Below the pieces are notes generated by a model that worked only from the letters and a program-made list of their open reading frames with translations, was not told the DNA's origin and did not search any database. Positions 27,309 through 37,267 of a stretch of DNA of 64,000 nt are shown here, one piece after another (the stretch's first letter is position 1; every line of letters starts with the position of its first letter). The position numbers and the translations under genes are program-made. The DNA is from a virus (taxonomy: Duplodnaviria > Caudoviricetes), in IMG/VR virus record IMGVR_UViG_3300017565_000002, positions 128,001 through 192,000 of that record. One strand, written 5' to 3'.

Positions 27309-28898
27309 TTAAAATTTTGCAACCCGTGACAGGTTCTTGAATTCTGGTACGTCTGGATGCTGAGAAGGTCTTTTAGTTAATGCGTATAGCGTCTGGACAA
27401 AATCCCGTTGAACTATCCGAATATTTTCGTTTGTCAGTGTGAGAATATTCTTTTTATCCTTGGTCTGACGCTCAGCATCCGCATTTGCTTCGTTTGTGAA
27501 TACACCCAATACGGACATCATATCTCCATCAAAATCTGCGCCATATCCCGTGATATAGGATAGAGGTGGAGTCAATGTATCTATAAATAATCGATCGCTT
27601 GAAGTGTCAGGCTTTACCACTGGATAAAACTTGTATACTTTATCTCCAATGATTGCCGGTGTAGTTTCTTTCGTTGTGAGAATTGCGGTTTTAAATGGTG
27701 AGATACCGAAATTATCTTCAATCGGATACCGTGTCGAGTATACATGTTTGGAGTCCTGTATGATATCCGTACATACGATATACAAGATATCGGTCCATGT
27801 CATGTCCCGTTGAATACTCGTATTCTCTTTTCCAAACCGACCCGAGATCTTCAGCTTAAGTTTCAGATTATCAGCATTCTTCGGAATATCTATCGACTCA
27901 AACCGTGTAGATGTACCGAAGATGAATTTTTTAACCATTTTAATAATATACTCATCCGAGAATTCAGATTCTGGATCAATTAATGTCGTGTATTTCATTT
28001 CTCCGGTCTTGTCGTCTATATACCCATACTTCCCGCTATAGACGAACTCATTATGGAAGAATTCTCGTACACCGTATATAACCAGCGGGAAGAAATTCGA
28101 GCATATTGTGGCCAATGGCACACCCAGATGATTGAACTTTACATGCATGTCTTTAAACGTTTCTCCCTCAATCTTAGGAGCGGAGATAACTAATCGTGCA
28201 CCAAAGTCTACACTCTTACTTAAGATGGCTTTCTTATAAGTACCATGTTTAGATTTGAGATGTTTATCTACAATCTCGTCATGGATCTTATTGAGAAGTA
28301 GCTGGATTCTGCCCTTGGTTAGATCAGACACAAATCCATATTGCTCCTGCTGGGACACACTTGTTACCATCCGGATGATGTTGAGATAATCATCATTGAT
28401 TGCATCGGATGATGGTCTCCCTAATTCGTTAATATTCAAATCACGATAGAAGGCTGGGAGAACGATAAATTTATTGATCCATGTCTTGGGTGTGTCTTGC
28501 AAACTTTTCTGTCTCTCAGTACCAAAGATTGATTTTGTTTCTTTGAATTTAATCTTGCTCCAATTCTTATACAGGAAATCTAACCCTGTCTCACCCTGTG
28601 GATCTTCTTCAATTCGACCATCATCTGTAATACGGTAGCGTTTGGTACCCAGAATCAACGATTCAAATTTCCGATTCAAGGTTTTCAAGTTGTAATAAGA
28701 GAGAGGGTGTAGGTAATGGCCTTTTAGGTCAATGTATGCCGGTATTGATTTTCTTTCATACGCGGAGAACCCGAAGATGGAGTTACTAAATAGGCCATTT
28801 TCCGTTGGAACACCTCGATCGAGTAGGCTTAGGTCGTATACCCTTTTCAAACCATTTATTCGCACCACTCTTCCTATATCTGCACGATGTAATTTCAT
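27309..28898 (-). CDS. Multisubunit RNA polymerase beta-prime N-terminal half with catalytic loop (virion RNAP likely from late context)
   Basis: GLFSNSIFG, VLPAFYRD, KSVDFGARLVISAP, RYP and GADFDGD motifs. Confidence 0.9.
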   Translation of the reverse strand: MKLHRADIGRVVRINGLKRVYDLSLLDRGVPTENGLFSNSIFGFSAYERKSIPAYIDLKGHYLHPLSYYNLKTLNRKFESLILGTKRYRITDDGRIEEDPQGETGLDFLYKNWSKIKFKETKSIFGTERQKSLQDTPKTWINKFIVLPAFYRDLNINELGRPSSDAINDDYLNIIRMVTSVSQQEQYGFVSDLTKGRIQLLLNKIHDEIVDKHLKSKHGTYKKAILSKSVDFGARLVISAPKIEGETFKDMHVKFNHLGVPLATICSNFFPLVIYGVREFFHNEFVYSGKYGYIDDKTGEMKYTTLIDPESEFSDEYIIKMVKKFIFGTSTRFESIDIPKNADNLKLKLKISGRFGKENTSIQRDMTWTDILYIVCTDIIQDSKHVYSTRYPIEDNFGISPFKTAILTTKETTPAIIGDKVYKFYPVVKPDTSSDRLFIDTLTPPLSYITGYGADFDGDMMSVLGVFTNEANADAERQTKDKKNILTLTNENIRIVQRDFVQTLYALTKRPSQHPDVPEFKNLSRVAKF

Positions 28899-28979
28899 TT
28901 CCTCACCTCACGAGATCATTTATTGGCTGTTTTACATATTAAAAGCCTCTGTCCCTATAAAGAGACAGAGGCTAAATGG

Positions 28980-29339
28980 TTACCCATCTTCATTACGATT
29001 GAAACTTATACTCATCCCTTTGGTAATCTGCGTGACTGAAACGATGAATCGATCCTTTTTCAGATAGGAGACGGTGTGGTCTCTTTCCTTCAAGTATTCC
29101 ATACATCGTTTCCTCATACTAGGGGGGAGTTGAATGAAGATCGTCAGCTGTTCATTTTCTGCAAACTGGGGAGGTTCTACAAAATCACAGTGGTCGAGAA
29201 CTTCCGACTCATCCAGTATTGAGTAGAGAGAATAGAGTTCCCCGTAGCAGTTTGGAACCAATCTATCGAATAGGTCGGCATTTGGGTTTCCGTTTTCTCG
29301 AATAAGATCTACGAGTAGGTCAGCTCTATTCTTAGCCAT
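28980..29339 (-). CDS. Hypothetical protein, 119 aa
   Basis: GAGGGG RBS; followed by hairpin 28943-28972. Confidence 0.7.
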   Translation of the reverse strand: MAKNRADLLVDLIRENGNPNADLFDRLVPNCYGELYSLYSILDESEVLDHCDFVEPPQFAENEQLTIFIQLPPSMRKRCMEYLKERDHTVSYLKKDRFIVSVTQITKGMSISFNRNEDG

Positions 29340-29375
29340 GATTCAATCCATACACCGCCCCTCATCCACCGCGAG

Positions 29376-29687
29376 TCATCTATTTTGCGATTTTTTATTC
29401 CCAGTGAGTTGCTTTTCTAATTCCTTGGATTCCATCTGTGATTTATTCTTTTCCAGAAATAGTCGCCTACGTTCAAGTGCGTAAATCACTTCCCGATATG
29501 GCATGGTTATGATCTCTTCATGAGACATGATTTGACCGAGTATTTCGTCTGCACTATCCAAGAGCGAACGGTAGTCCTCTATTCGTCGTTCAGCGATCTT
29601 CCGCTGCTCAAGGATACTTCCTCTTTCTTCTTCAGTTTGCTGATCTCCCTCATCGCTAGATAGGACTGGGATAAAATAAAAAGGAAG
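29376..29687 (-). CDS. T4 gp51-like short baseplate/tail chaperone segment; frame opens at 29687 with no good start, candidate -1 frameshift extension of the upstream gene
   Basis: MSHEEIITMPYREVIYAL resembles the gp51-like SLTEIENMMPWER motif; -1 frame open for 103 codons starting next to CCTTTTT. Confidence 0.5.
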   Translation of the reverse strand, partial: LPFYFIPVLSSDEGDQQTEEERGSILEQRKIAERRIEDYRSLLDSADEILGQIMSHEEIITMPYREVIYALERRRLFLEKNKSQMESKELEKQLTGNKKSQNR

Positions 29688-31198
29688 TTAGCCATGTCAA
29701 TCTCTTTTTCTTTATGCTGCTTACCGCATTTCGGACATTTGTAAGCCCGGAGGCCGTAGCGCACTGTATCCTTGTTTGCATACTCGTCGATCTGCTCATC
29801 GATAACATCCAAGGAGTCTTCATCCATTGACAGCAGTTCCAACATTTCTTCAATGCTGTCGTATTTCACGTACAAGCCATCTTCATCCGGGATGGCAATG
29901 TAGTTGATATACAGCAAGTATCCAACCGAGGAACTGTATTTCGTGAGATCTGTTTTAGCGGCCATTTCTTCCAAAGTGTCATTCAACACGATGAAATCCC
30001 AGATCGTTGGGTTTCGGAATCCAACGACAAGACCGTTTGGAAGTAAAACGCGCTTTTCTTTGCTGACTGCGGATTGTGCTAACACTTGACTGATGTCCGT
30101 GTTTTTATACAGGATATAGTCTGACTGATCTCTAAACTGATCCGCGTTAAGAACCATATCCGCCGCATGGATATTCAGCTTGAGATCCTGACCACACTTC
30201 GTATCTTCACAGGTCACCGGGAACTCGTTATTCTCCGGGAAAGACCCAATGAAGAGGTTGAAGTACAACGTTTGTATGTCTTTGTAATATACGAGCTGTG
30301 CAAACTGAGACAGACTCATATGACGTCCCAGCGATGTATCAACCAGATGCTTCTTGATGAAGCCAAGTTTCTTCATCTCTGCTTCTGAGCGTTTCTTGGC
30401 AGTCATGTTATTCATCTGGATGATTTCCGGGATTGGTGCCCCAGATAGCGTAACATGGAAGCCGGAGTTGATCAACGGCATTGTGACATGAGGGTGCCGT
30501 TGGATGAAACTTCTCATGAGACCTTTTTTAAGGCCGCCCTTTTTCTTCGTATTGAATTTGATCCCGTTAGCATCCAATACAGACTTAACGGTTTCGACAT
30601 ATTCAGTACGATGATCAATCGTGAATTGTGTGGGGGCAGTTTTCGACTGGTTTACTCCGGGCTCGTCGAAGAAGATTGGGATAGAGTTCTCAAGCTGGCG
30701 TTCGAACTTTTTCAGCCGCTTGATTCGTTCCTCTTCCGTAACCTCTTGATCTTCTTCATCGGTGGTAGGAGCTTCGTCTTCATCGGTTTCATCCCCGCCG
30801 ATCCGATCCATCTGTCGGCGGAAAGAAACTACATCTTCATCATCGTCTGCTTCATCCCGGAGCTGCTCGCTGGCCTCCGTAAGAGTTTTTACGGTGCCCA
30901 ATCCCCGAGATTCACGAAGACTGTTTATTTCCTCCAATGCGCTCATTTGTGTATTCTGGAGCGCACTGTCAAACTCATCAGCGTCGGGGTCAACCCGACC
31001 ACTCAGCAATCGTTCTTTTTGTTCGTTTGTCAATGAACGATACACCGCATTGTCCTCAAGTCCAGAGCTAACTGACGGTGGGATGACATGTGGTTCAACC
31101 GTTTGTTCGTATTCTTCCTTATTTTCAGATTGTGAGGTATTGTGTTCCAACTGCTCCATAATTTCGGAGAGTTTTTTCGTACTCTTTTTCTCGGACAT
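29579..31198 (-). CDS. Baseplate hub assembly protein, T4 gp26-like, with acidic N-terminal extension
   Basis: PVTCEDTKCG and YKCPKCGK zinc pairs, GFRNPT motif; neighbour of the gp25-like gene. Confidence 0.65.
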   Translation of the reverse strand: MSEKKSTKKLSEIMEQLEHNTSQSENKEEYEQTVEPHVIPPSVSSGLEDNAVYRSLTNEQKERLLSGRVDPDADEFDSALQNTQMSALEEINSLRESRGLGTVKTLTEASEQLRDEADDDEDVVSFRRQMDRIGGDETDEDEAPTTDEEDQEVTEEERIKRLKKFERQLENSIPIFFDEPGVNQSKTAPTQFTIDHRTEYVETVKSVLDANGIKFNTKKKGGLKKGLMRSFIQRHPHVTMPLINSGFHVTLSGAPIPEIIQMNNMTAKKRSEAEMKKLGFIKKHLVDTSLGRHMSLSQFAQLVYYKDIQTLYFNLFIGSFPENNEFPVTCEDTKCGQDLKLNIHAADMVLNADQFRDQSDYILYKNTDISQVLAQSAVSKEKRVLLPNGLVVGFRNPTIWDFIVLNDTLEEMAAKTDLTKYSSSVGYLLYINYIAIPDEDGLYVKYDSIEEMLELLSMDEDSLDVIDEQIDEYANKDTVRYGLRAYKCPKCGKQHKEKEIDMANFLFILSQSYLAMREISKLKKKEEVSLSSGRSLNDE

Positions 31199-31251
31199 TT
31201 TAATCCTCCTACTATAATGATGGGATTTCTTGATTGTTTAAAGGATATTTT

Positions 31252-31614
31252 TTAAGAGTTCATAATAGATACCAATACGTTATCTTGATCGGTTCTAAAA
31301 ATAGCGATTTCTGAGAAAGATGGAGATGTAACTCCGACGATGAGTTCTGAATTGCGATACATAACTTCCACGTCAGACGTATCAAAGTCGCAGTATTTGG
31401 ATACCTGAGACTCGATAGCCGTCTTTAATTTATATGCATTATCGTCTGCATCTCCGATTCGGTACTGGAGCATGTTTATACCTTTCTCTGGATCATCAGG
31501 TGTATCACCAGGAACCATGGTCAATAGAATATATAACTGCTGGGCCATTGCCATAGCACCTGATATAATTCGATTACGGGAGAAATCGTCTAACTCCAGT
31601 GTGACGTCTTTCAT
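31252..31614 (-). CDS. Baseplate wedge protein, gp25-like
   Basis: LLTMVPGDTPDDPEKGI motif, 120 aa. Confidence 0.7.
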   Translation of the reverse strand: MKDVTLELDDFSRNRIISGAMAMAQQLYILLTMVPGDTPDDPEKGINMLQYRIGDADDNAYKLKTAIESQVSKYCDFDTSDVEVMYRNSELIVGVTSPSFSEIAIFRTDQDNVLVSIMNS

Positions 31615-31640
31615 TTTATCCTCTCCTACCCTTGGATTAT

Positions 31641-31652
31641 TAATGGATTGTT
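31641..31652 (-). promoter_or_regulatory. Putative late promoter AACA-N6-TA
   Basis: Minus strand AACA-atccat-TA above the gp25-like gene. Confidence 0.55.
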
Positions 31653-31716
31653 TTTTAGGGTTTATTTAACCCTAGGACATTACATTAACGCACCCATGTT
31701 CGAAAGGGGAATCAAT

Positions 31717-33108
31717 ATGAAATGTCCGATATGTCGTAAGTATATGCCATCCAAAAGAGATGTTCTTCATCATATGGATGCGCGCCATTTTGATCAAATC
31801 CCAAAAGAAATGTCTGCTTCAAAATACTACTATGCATTGAATCACGCAGGTGAAACTACAGGTAAATGCCGTATCTGCAACTCGCCTACAGAATTTGATG
31901 AACCCACTGGAAGAGTAAGGGTCTTATGTGGGAGTGAAAAATGTAAGACAGCATTTTCCGTTATGGCATCGGAGAGAAACATGAAGAAATTCGGTGTCCC
32001 TCATCTATTGAATTCTCAGACACATCAAATGTATATGCTGTCCAAACGGAAAATATCAGGAGAATATCTGTGGAGTGATGGTCATACCAAAATTCCTTAT
32101 GTGGGATCTTATGAGAAGCGGTTTTTGGAGTTTCTGGATAATTTCCTTTCGTTTTCTCCGTCAACGATTCACTCCCCCTGTCCAATTACAATCTATTATG
32201 AGTACAATGGGGAAATGTTATCTCACACACCCGATTTCTATAATGATATCTTAGATCTCATCGTAGAGATCAAACATGGTGGAGATAACCCGAATACACA
32301 TCCAAAGATCCAAGCAGTGGATGTTGCAAAGGATAAGGCAAAAGAAATGGCGATCAGGACCACAACGACACACAACTATATCAAGATCACAGATAATAAC
32401 TTTGCTCCGTTTATAAAACTTCTATTTAAACTTACAGAGAATGAACAAAACGGACGGAAAGAACGTTATGTGGTTATTAACGAAAATGTTTTAGCAGGGT
32501 TGGTTATCGGATATGGGCGTGTTCGAGATATTCAGGGTCAAGAACTCATGGATCTCGAACCTATCCTATACGATGAAACTCCACTACTTGAAGCTATTGA
32601 TCCGATGGATGTGTGGATGCATGACATGACCAGATATGCGAATAAGATGTTTGGGAATGATGACTCTAAGGGTCTATTCTTCCACTTCTTTGCCCATATC
32701 CTACCCACTGGAGTCGGGCACGTTACGATAACGATCACACTTCAAGACAGTTTTACGAATATGATTCACTATGACGGGGAAAGATTCTTTTACATCTCAA
32801 AAGATAAAGTAAATGAACTAAAGAAAACATTCCTCTCTACGTTTAGGTATAATGGAGACTTAGACGTCACGAAGGAAATCAATACATTGAAAGATATGAT
32901 TAAGAATAAGACGGTACTAAAAGAGCCGGATGACGTAAATGCAATTGCCCATGTATTCAAAATCCTATTTGACAAAAAGGCTCATTATACCCCAATGGAT
33001 ATTGCCTTGAGTCCGGATTTTGTGAAATACAGAGAGCTTAGAAGAAATAAGGGCATGGATGGTCGTAACGATGATGTTGATCTCTTATCCTTTGTAGACG
33101 TACATTAA
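31717..33108 (+). CDS. C2H2 zinc-finger plus PD-(D/E)XK (TnsA-like) endonuclease domain protein
   Basis: AAAGGGGA RBS before ATG 31717; CPIC...HMDARH, CRIC...CGSEKC, GSYE, TPDF...IVEIK. Confidence 0.7.
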   Translation: MKCPICRKYMPSKRDVLHHMDARHFDQIPKEMSASKYYYALNHAGETTGKCRICNSPTEFDEPTGRVRVLCGSEKCKTAFSVMASERNMKKFGVPHLLNSQTHQMYMLSKRKISGEYLWSDGHTKIPYVGSYEKRFLEFLDNFLSFSPSTIHSPCPITIYYEYNGEMLSHTPDFYNDILDLIVEIKHGGDNPNTHPKIQAVDVAKDKAKEMAIRTTTTHNYIKITDNNFAPFIKLLFKLTENEQNGRKERYVVINENVLAGLVIGYGRVRDIQGQELMDLEPILYDETPLLEAIDPMDVWMHDMTRYANKMFGNDDSKGLFFHFFAHILPTGVGHVTITITLQDSFTNMIHYDGERFFYISKDKVNELKKTFLSTFRYNGDLDVTKEINTLKDMIKNKTVLKEPDDVNAIAHVFKILFDKKAHYTPMDIALSPDFVKYRELRRNKGMDGRNDDVDLLSFVDVH

Positions 33109-33121
33109 GGAGGTAATTACC

Positions 33122-34129
33122 ATGAAAAAAGCAGAGTTAATGAAAATCCCGGCCAAGCATTTTGGTCTACCCAGTGCTCGCAAGTTCCCCATGCAAGATG
33201 AAAGACATCTTCGATCAGCAATTGCCTATTTCTATACGGCTAAGTCAAAAGATCGTAGAGAGCTTGCAAACAACATCGTTCGTCGGCATAAGCAACTGAA
33301 ATCCGGTGTACGTATCTCTAAAAAGAATCCACTGTTCAAGTATGTCCCTCCGAATATGAGGAAAGAACAGGAATCCTCCAAGTTAATGAGTGAAGCGACT
33401 GTAAATCTGCTGAAAGGTATTTTGAACGAAGAGAGTAGGCAGATCTTGGAGGCATTACTAAAACAAGACGGTATCACGACCGTGGATGATCTGGATTCGG
33501 CTGTTCCGGAGACTTATGCATCCCGTGAAAAATTCCTCGGTACACTGAAGAGTGTGATCATCAATGAAGATGAGGAAGAGGATTGTGACTATGTATTGAT
33601 GTACCGTGACTATAATGCCAATACTAACCTCATGAATGCAAATAATGGCGGGATAACCGAATCCTCGGCTCCTATCCTGCTTGTCTATGACGGTTCATTG
33701 AACGAAACAGCCGCTCTGAACCCTGTTGTAGACCGTGATCATATCCAATTCTCTGCAATCCTCAGGGAATGGAATGAGTTGTATGTAAATGGACACCGAG
33801 ATCTGTATTACGATCGCTTGATGATTGAAAGCTGGACTGAATATGCACAAACCCTGATGGATAACCATTCAAATATACCATCCAGCGAACTTGAGCAGAA
33901 ACTTGCAGATATCGGTTACGTTAAAACTCGCCATGGATTCCAGTTCAGTATCAATGATAAAGCAATTGAACTTGGATACCCATCTGATCTGCCCGACATG
34001 GATTTTGATGAAGAACAGATGTCGGATATCTATTCGAAGGCTATTACGTTGAATATGGTAATGAAGGGGGATAGAAATGCAGATACAAGCTACTACGACC
34101 ACTCGGTCAGAAGATCAGCAATCGACTAA
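33122..34129 (+). CDS. Hypothetical protein, probably virion-associated
   Basis: AAGGAGG RBS; basic N-domain FGLPSARKFPM, LxE motifs. Confidence 0.7.
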   Translation: MKKAELMKIPAKHFGLPSARKFPMQDERHLRSAIAYFYTAKSKDRRELANNIVRRHKQLKSGVRISKKNPLFKYVPPNMRKEQESSKLMSEATVNLLKGILNEESRQILEALLKQDGITTVDDLDSAVPETYASREKFLGTLKSVIINEDEEEDCDYVLMYRDYNANTNLMNANNGGITESSAPILLVYDGSLNETAALNPVVDRDHIQFSAILREWNELYVNGHRDLYYDRLMIESWTEYAQTLMDNHSNIPSSELEQKLADIGYVKTRHGFQFSINDKAIELGYPSDLPDMDFDEEQMSDIYSKAITLNMVMKGDRNADTSYYDHSVRRSAID

Positions 34130-35183
34130 CCCCAAATTCTATCCTTGCTATCTCAACGTAAATCGTGTTCGGTCTACAACTGCGTTCGGGTGGAACGGCC
34201 TCTATGGTGTTCGAGCCAAGGTTGAGGCTGAAGATGAACTTGTTACTCATCTTCGGTCTTTATCATGGATAACGGACAAGTTCGACGATTATAAGATACA
34301 GGAACTTGCAAGATTCTACTTGAATCATGCAATGGTAATTCGAGAACTCCAACGGTTTGCATATGCCTATATTCTAAACTTTATGTCTATTAGTAAGACG
34401 ATCGAGCAAGAGAGAAATCCGTATGATAACGATGAATTGATCGACACTTGGGAGCGTAAGTTGTTAGAGTGGTATGAACGCTATCGGACGGCCGAATCTT
34501 TAATCGAGAAAATATGCTACGAGCAAATGCTCTCTGATATTCTCTGGAATCCGGCGTTCGACCCGAGAGACCCTCGGATTGTAGATTTCAACCTAAAACA
34601 GTTGGAGAAATTCAAGCTAAAGGTCACAAACATGGTCCAAGAGTGGGATGACGACGTAATCACAGAATCATTCCAGCAGGTAGACATTCCTGATTTTCCG
34701 ATTGAGCTTTCGGAATCTATCAAAGAAGGTATTAAACGGATTAAAGCGAAACTGAGTCCGAAACGTTATACCTTCGATGTGGATGAAGAAGGTACGATCT
34801 TAATCAAGAAAAACTATCAAGCAGATCTAATTAGATATTATAAAGGTGCAAACAGACTCATGAAGCTTTATAAACGGCAGATGAAACTTGATGAGTTGAA
34901 AGCGGAATTGGCGAAGATTTACTTCATCAACGAACTGATCGAAACGAAGTACATCTTCAACCAACACATGACAGAGGAGGAAAGATCCAAGTATAAACAA
35001 TATGCGGACCTAAGGGCGAATGTACTGAGTACGTTCAAGATGAACTTGGAGTTTGTCCTCCAAAACGAGGATAACTTCAACTTCATGCATTACTATGAAA
35101 ACTCACCATATGCGAGTGTCTTAAAGGTATCACGGACACAGGTTAGTGGTGTTAAGAAGGTACTTAAGGCATTAATTATCTGA
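34077..35183 (+). CDS. Hypothetical protein, 368 aa
   Basis: GAAGGGGG RBS; overlaps the previous ORF by 53 nt. Confidence 0.75.
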   Translation: MQIQATTTTRSEDQQSTNPKFYPCYLNVNRVRSTTAFGWNGLYGVRAKVEAEDELVTHLRSLSWITDKFDDYKIQELARFYLNHAMVIRELQRFAYAYILNFMSISKTIEQERNPYDNDELIDTWERKLLEWYERYRTAESLIEKICYEQMLSDILWNPAFDPRDPRIVDFNLKQLEKFKLKVTNMVQEWDDDVITESFQQVDIPDFPIELSESIKEGIKRIKAKLSPKRYTFDVDEEGTILIKKNYQADLIRYYKGANRLMKLYKRQMKLDELKAELAKIYFINELIETKYIFNQHMTEEERSKYKQYADLRANVLSTFKMNLEFVLQNEDNFNFMHYYENSPYASVLKVSRTQVSGVKKVLKALII

Positions 35184-35187
35184 CGAT

Positions 35188-35222
35188 AACCAATATGGGG
35201 ATATCCCCATATTGGTTTATTT
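35188..35222 (+). terminator. Intrinsic terminator
   Basis: AACCAATATGGGG-atat-CCCCATATTGGTT plus T-rich tail. Confidence 0.8.
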
Positions 35223-35238
35223 ATAAAGGAGGTCGGAT

Positions 35239-35817
35239 ATGTATAAGCTACGAAGAAAGACTAGAACAGTTATTACCTTTACGGGTCATCGGCCTAATAA
35301 ATTATATGGATACCAATGGGATACACCGGGTAATAAAATTATTATGAACCGTCTTACAGTTGCTATCCTTAACTGTATGAGAGACAGTGGGCATACGGAA
35401 TTTTTATTTATCTGTGGCGGTGCATTGGGCATCGACCAAATGGCATTTCATATTCTGACGGAACTGAGGACGAAACTTTCATCTAAATATAAGATAAAAA
35501 TCCAATTGGCTATACCGTTTAAAGATCAACCAATCAAATGGAATGATCAACAAGATCGAAATCGATATCGGAAACATCTGCTACTCGCTGACGAGATTGT
35601 GTATGTAGATACGTTGGAAAAATATGATCGATGTAAGGATGTTCCACATGGCGCATATCATAAAGATAAGCTTTTAATACGTAACGAGTACATGGTAGAC
35701 CATGCAGATCATATCATTGCTACGTGGAACGGGGACAAACAAGGTGGGACAGCACATTGCGTGAGATATGCTGATAAAAAAGGTTGTTTACGCACAACGG
35801 TAAGTCCACTTATTTAG
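35239..35817 (+). CDS. YspA/SLOG-family protein
   Basis: FTGHRP, GGALGIDQ, AIPF..Q...W, RNEYMVD, GGTAHCVRYA. Confidence 0.88.
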   Translation: MYKLRRKTRTVITFTGHRPNKLYGYQWDTPGNKIIMNRLTVAILNCMRDSGHTEFLFICGGALGIDQMAFHILTELRTKLSSKYKIKIQLAIPFKDQPIKWNDQQDRNRYRKHLLLADEIVYVDTLEKYDRCKDVPHGAYHKDKLLIRNEYMVDHADHIIATWNGDKQGGTAHCVRYADKKGCLRTTVSPLI

Positions 35818-35829
35818 GGGGTTATTTAG

Positions 35830-36357
35830 ATGAATTTCGAAATGTATGGATATGTCGTTAAACAGATAGATCGTCTATATAGAATGAAAGAAGATATCAT
35901 CCAAGTTTACCGCAAGAAAAATGTTGAGGGATTATACGACTACGAAATAAAAATCTTAAACACTGATACTTGGGAACTTCCGGTCCACCTAAACAACTAC
36001 AATGTCGATTACGTCATAAACTTCTTGGACAACCCCGGCTATCTCGTAAACTTCTGCAATACCCTTAAGCAGACGATTCTGAGACATTGGCCAGCGGATG
36101 ATATGCACGCAAAGTATAGTGTCGAGTTACTTGACTACGTAGCCGCTCGTGTACAGACACTGGGATACTTCTTATTGAAGACCGAAGGCAATATCAGTGT
36201 TATCGCACAAGAGGATGATGATAATTTCCTTGAGGTGATGGATGACATCACTGTTGACTTATTGCAAGACCTTAAGAAATCGGATAAGGAATCACGGAAG
36301 GAACTTAGATATGGAATCAATCGTGCAATGCGATATTCACTCGCATACGTCAACTAG
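35830..36357 (+). CDS. Hypothetical protein, 175 aa
   Basis: AGGGGG RBS, operon with the SLOG gene. Confidence 0.75.
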   Translation: MNFEMYGYVVKQIDRLYRMKEDIIQVYRKKNVEGLYDYEIKILNTDTWELPVHLNNYNVDYVINFLDNPGYLVNFCNTLKQTILRHWPADDMHAKYSVELLDYVAARVQTLGYFLLKTEGNISVIAQEDDDNFLEVMDDITVDLLQDLKKSDKESRKELRYGINRAMRYSLAYVN

Positions 36358-36376
36358 TATCATTTATATTTTTGGC

Positions 36377-36386
36377 TATATATTAT
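36377..36386 (+). promoter_or_regulatory. Phage early-promoter motif TATATATTAT
   Basis: Exact motif about 130 nt above the 36515 ATG. Confidence 0.7.
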
Positions 36387-36514
36387 AGCTGTGAACATGT
36401 CGGACTATATAGTATTATATTATACGTCCTACATGTAATTAATGGATTATACATTATTTAGTCATCTGAATAATGTGTGATTGATAACCATATCCTGAAA
36501 GGAGATTTTTATCA

Positions 36515-37177
36515 ATGGGAGACGTGTTAGATCAACTGAAAGGTTCGGTTTCGCAACCGGATATCGAAATCTTCAAAATCGGTCCGGAGGCGGTAGATGA
36601 GTTCATCTCCAGACTTCTGGTTGTCATGGGTGCGATGCCGAATGATATTCGCCACATCATGGTAACGCACGAGCGCAAGAAATTGCGTATTGCAGCTGTG
36701 ATTGACAAAGACTCGGAAATCTTCAGCCGTGAAGAAGAGTTCCACAGCAATCTGTCCTTGCTCGGGTTCAATCAGTCGAAAGAACTGACGATGAACCGGA
36801 AGGCCAAAATGGCACTTCGCGAGTTCGGTTATTACTATCAACCGGATGAAGACGAAGACGATGGTGACCGGGGTATATACCTCGTGACGCTTGCGAAAAG
36901 CAAGAAAAGCGTCGAAATCGAGTTTGACACGGAAGTCACCATGGCCATCATCACCAACAGCGATTTTACCGATCAGTATTTCTCGATTGACGCCTCCGAA
37001 GAGGTTGTATACAAAAAGAAATACGAAAGAAAGAAATTCAAAGGCAAAAAGAAAACAGCGGTCTTCGCCCGGGTATACCGGAGCTATCAAGCCGACGGCT
37101 TCTATGATCCGGAGCAGGTTCAACGGTTCCACACTGGAGAACCACTGGATGACGAAGACGACGATGATGAAGATTGA
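36515..37177 (+). CDS. Hypothetical early protein with acidic tail, codon usage suggesting high expression
   Basis: AAAGGAG RBS; ends DDEDDDDED; C-ending codons (TTC, ATC, GAC) preferred. Confidence 0.8.
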   Translation: MGDVLDQLKGSVSQPDIEIFKIGPEAVDEFISRLLVVMGAMPNDIRHIMVTHERKKLRIAAVIDKDSEIFSREEEFHSNLSLLGFNQSKELTMNRKAKMALREFGYYYQPDEDEDDGDRGIYLVTLAKSKKSVEIEFDTEVTMAIITNSDFTDQYFSIDASEEVVYKKKYERKKFKGKKKTAVFARVYRSYQADGFYDPEQVQRFHTGEPLDDEDDDDED

Positions 37178-37193
37178 TCTGTTTCGAATCAGG

Positions 37194-37223
37194 GGAATAG
37201 TGGCGTGATGCCACTATTCCTTT
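37194..37223 (+). terminator. Hairpin, probable terminator
   Basis: GGAATAGTGGC / GCCACTATTCC stem, short T-run. Confidence 0.6.
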
Positions 37224-37267
37224 CGTTTGTAAGATATTCATTTTTTAAAAATTGAGGAGAGTTTACA

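Noticed and set aside
27309-28898. Group I intron or intein in the RNAP gene (common in AR9)
   Set aside because: Conserved motifs are contiguous through GADFDGD with no insertion visible
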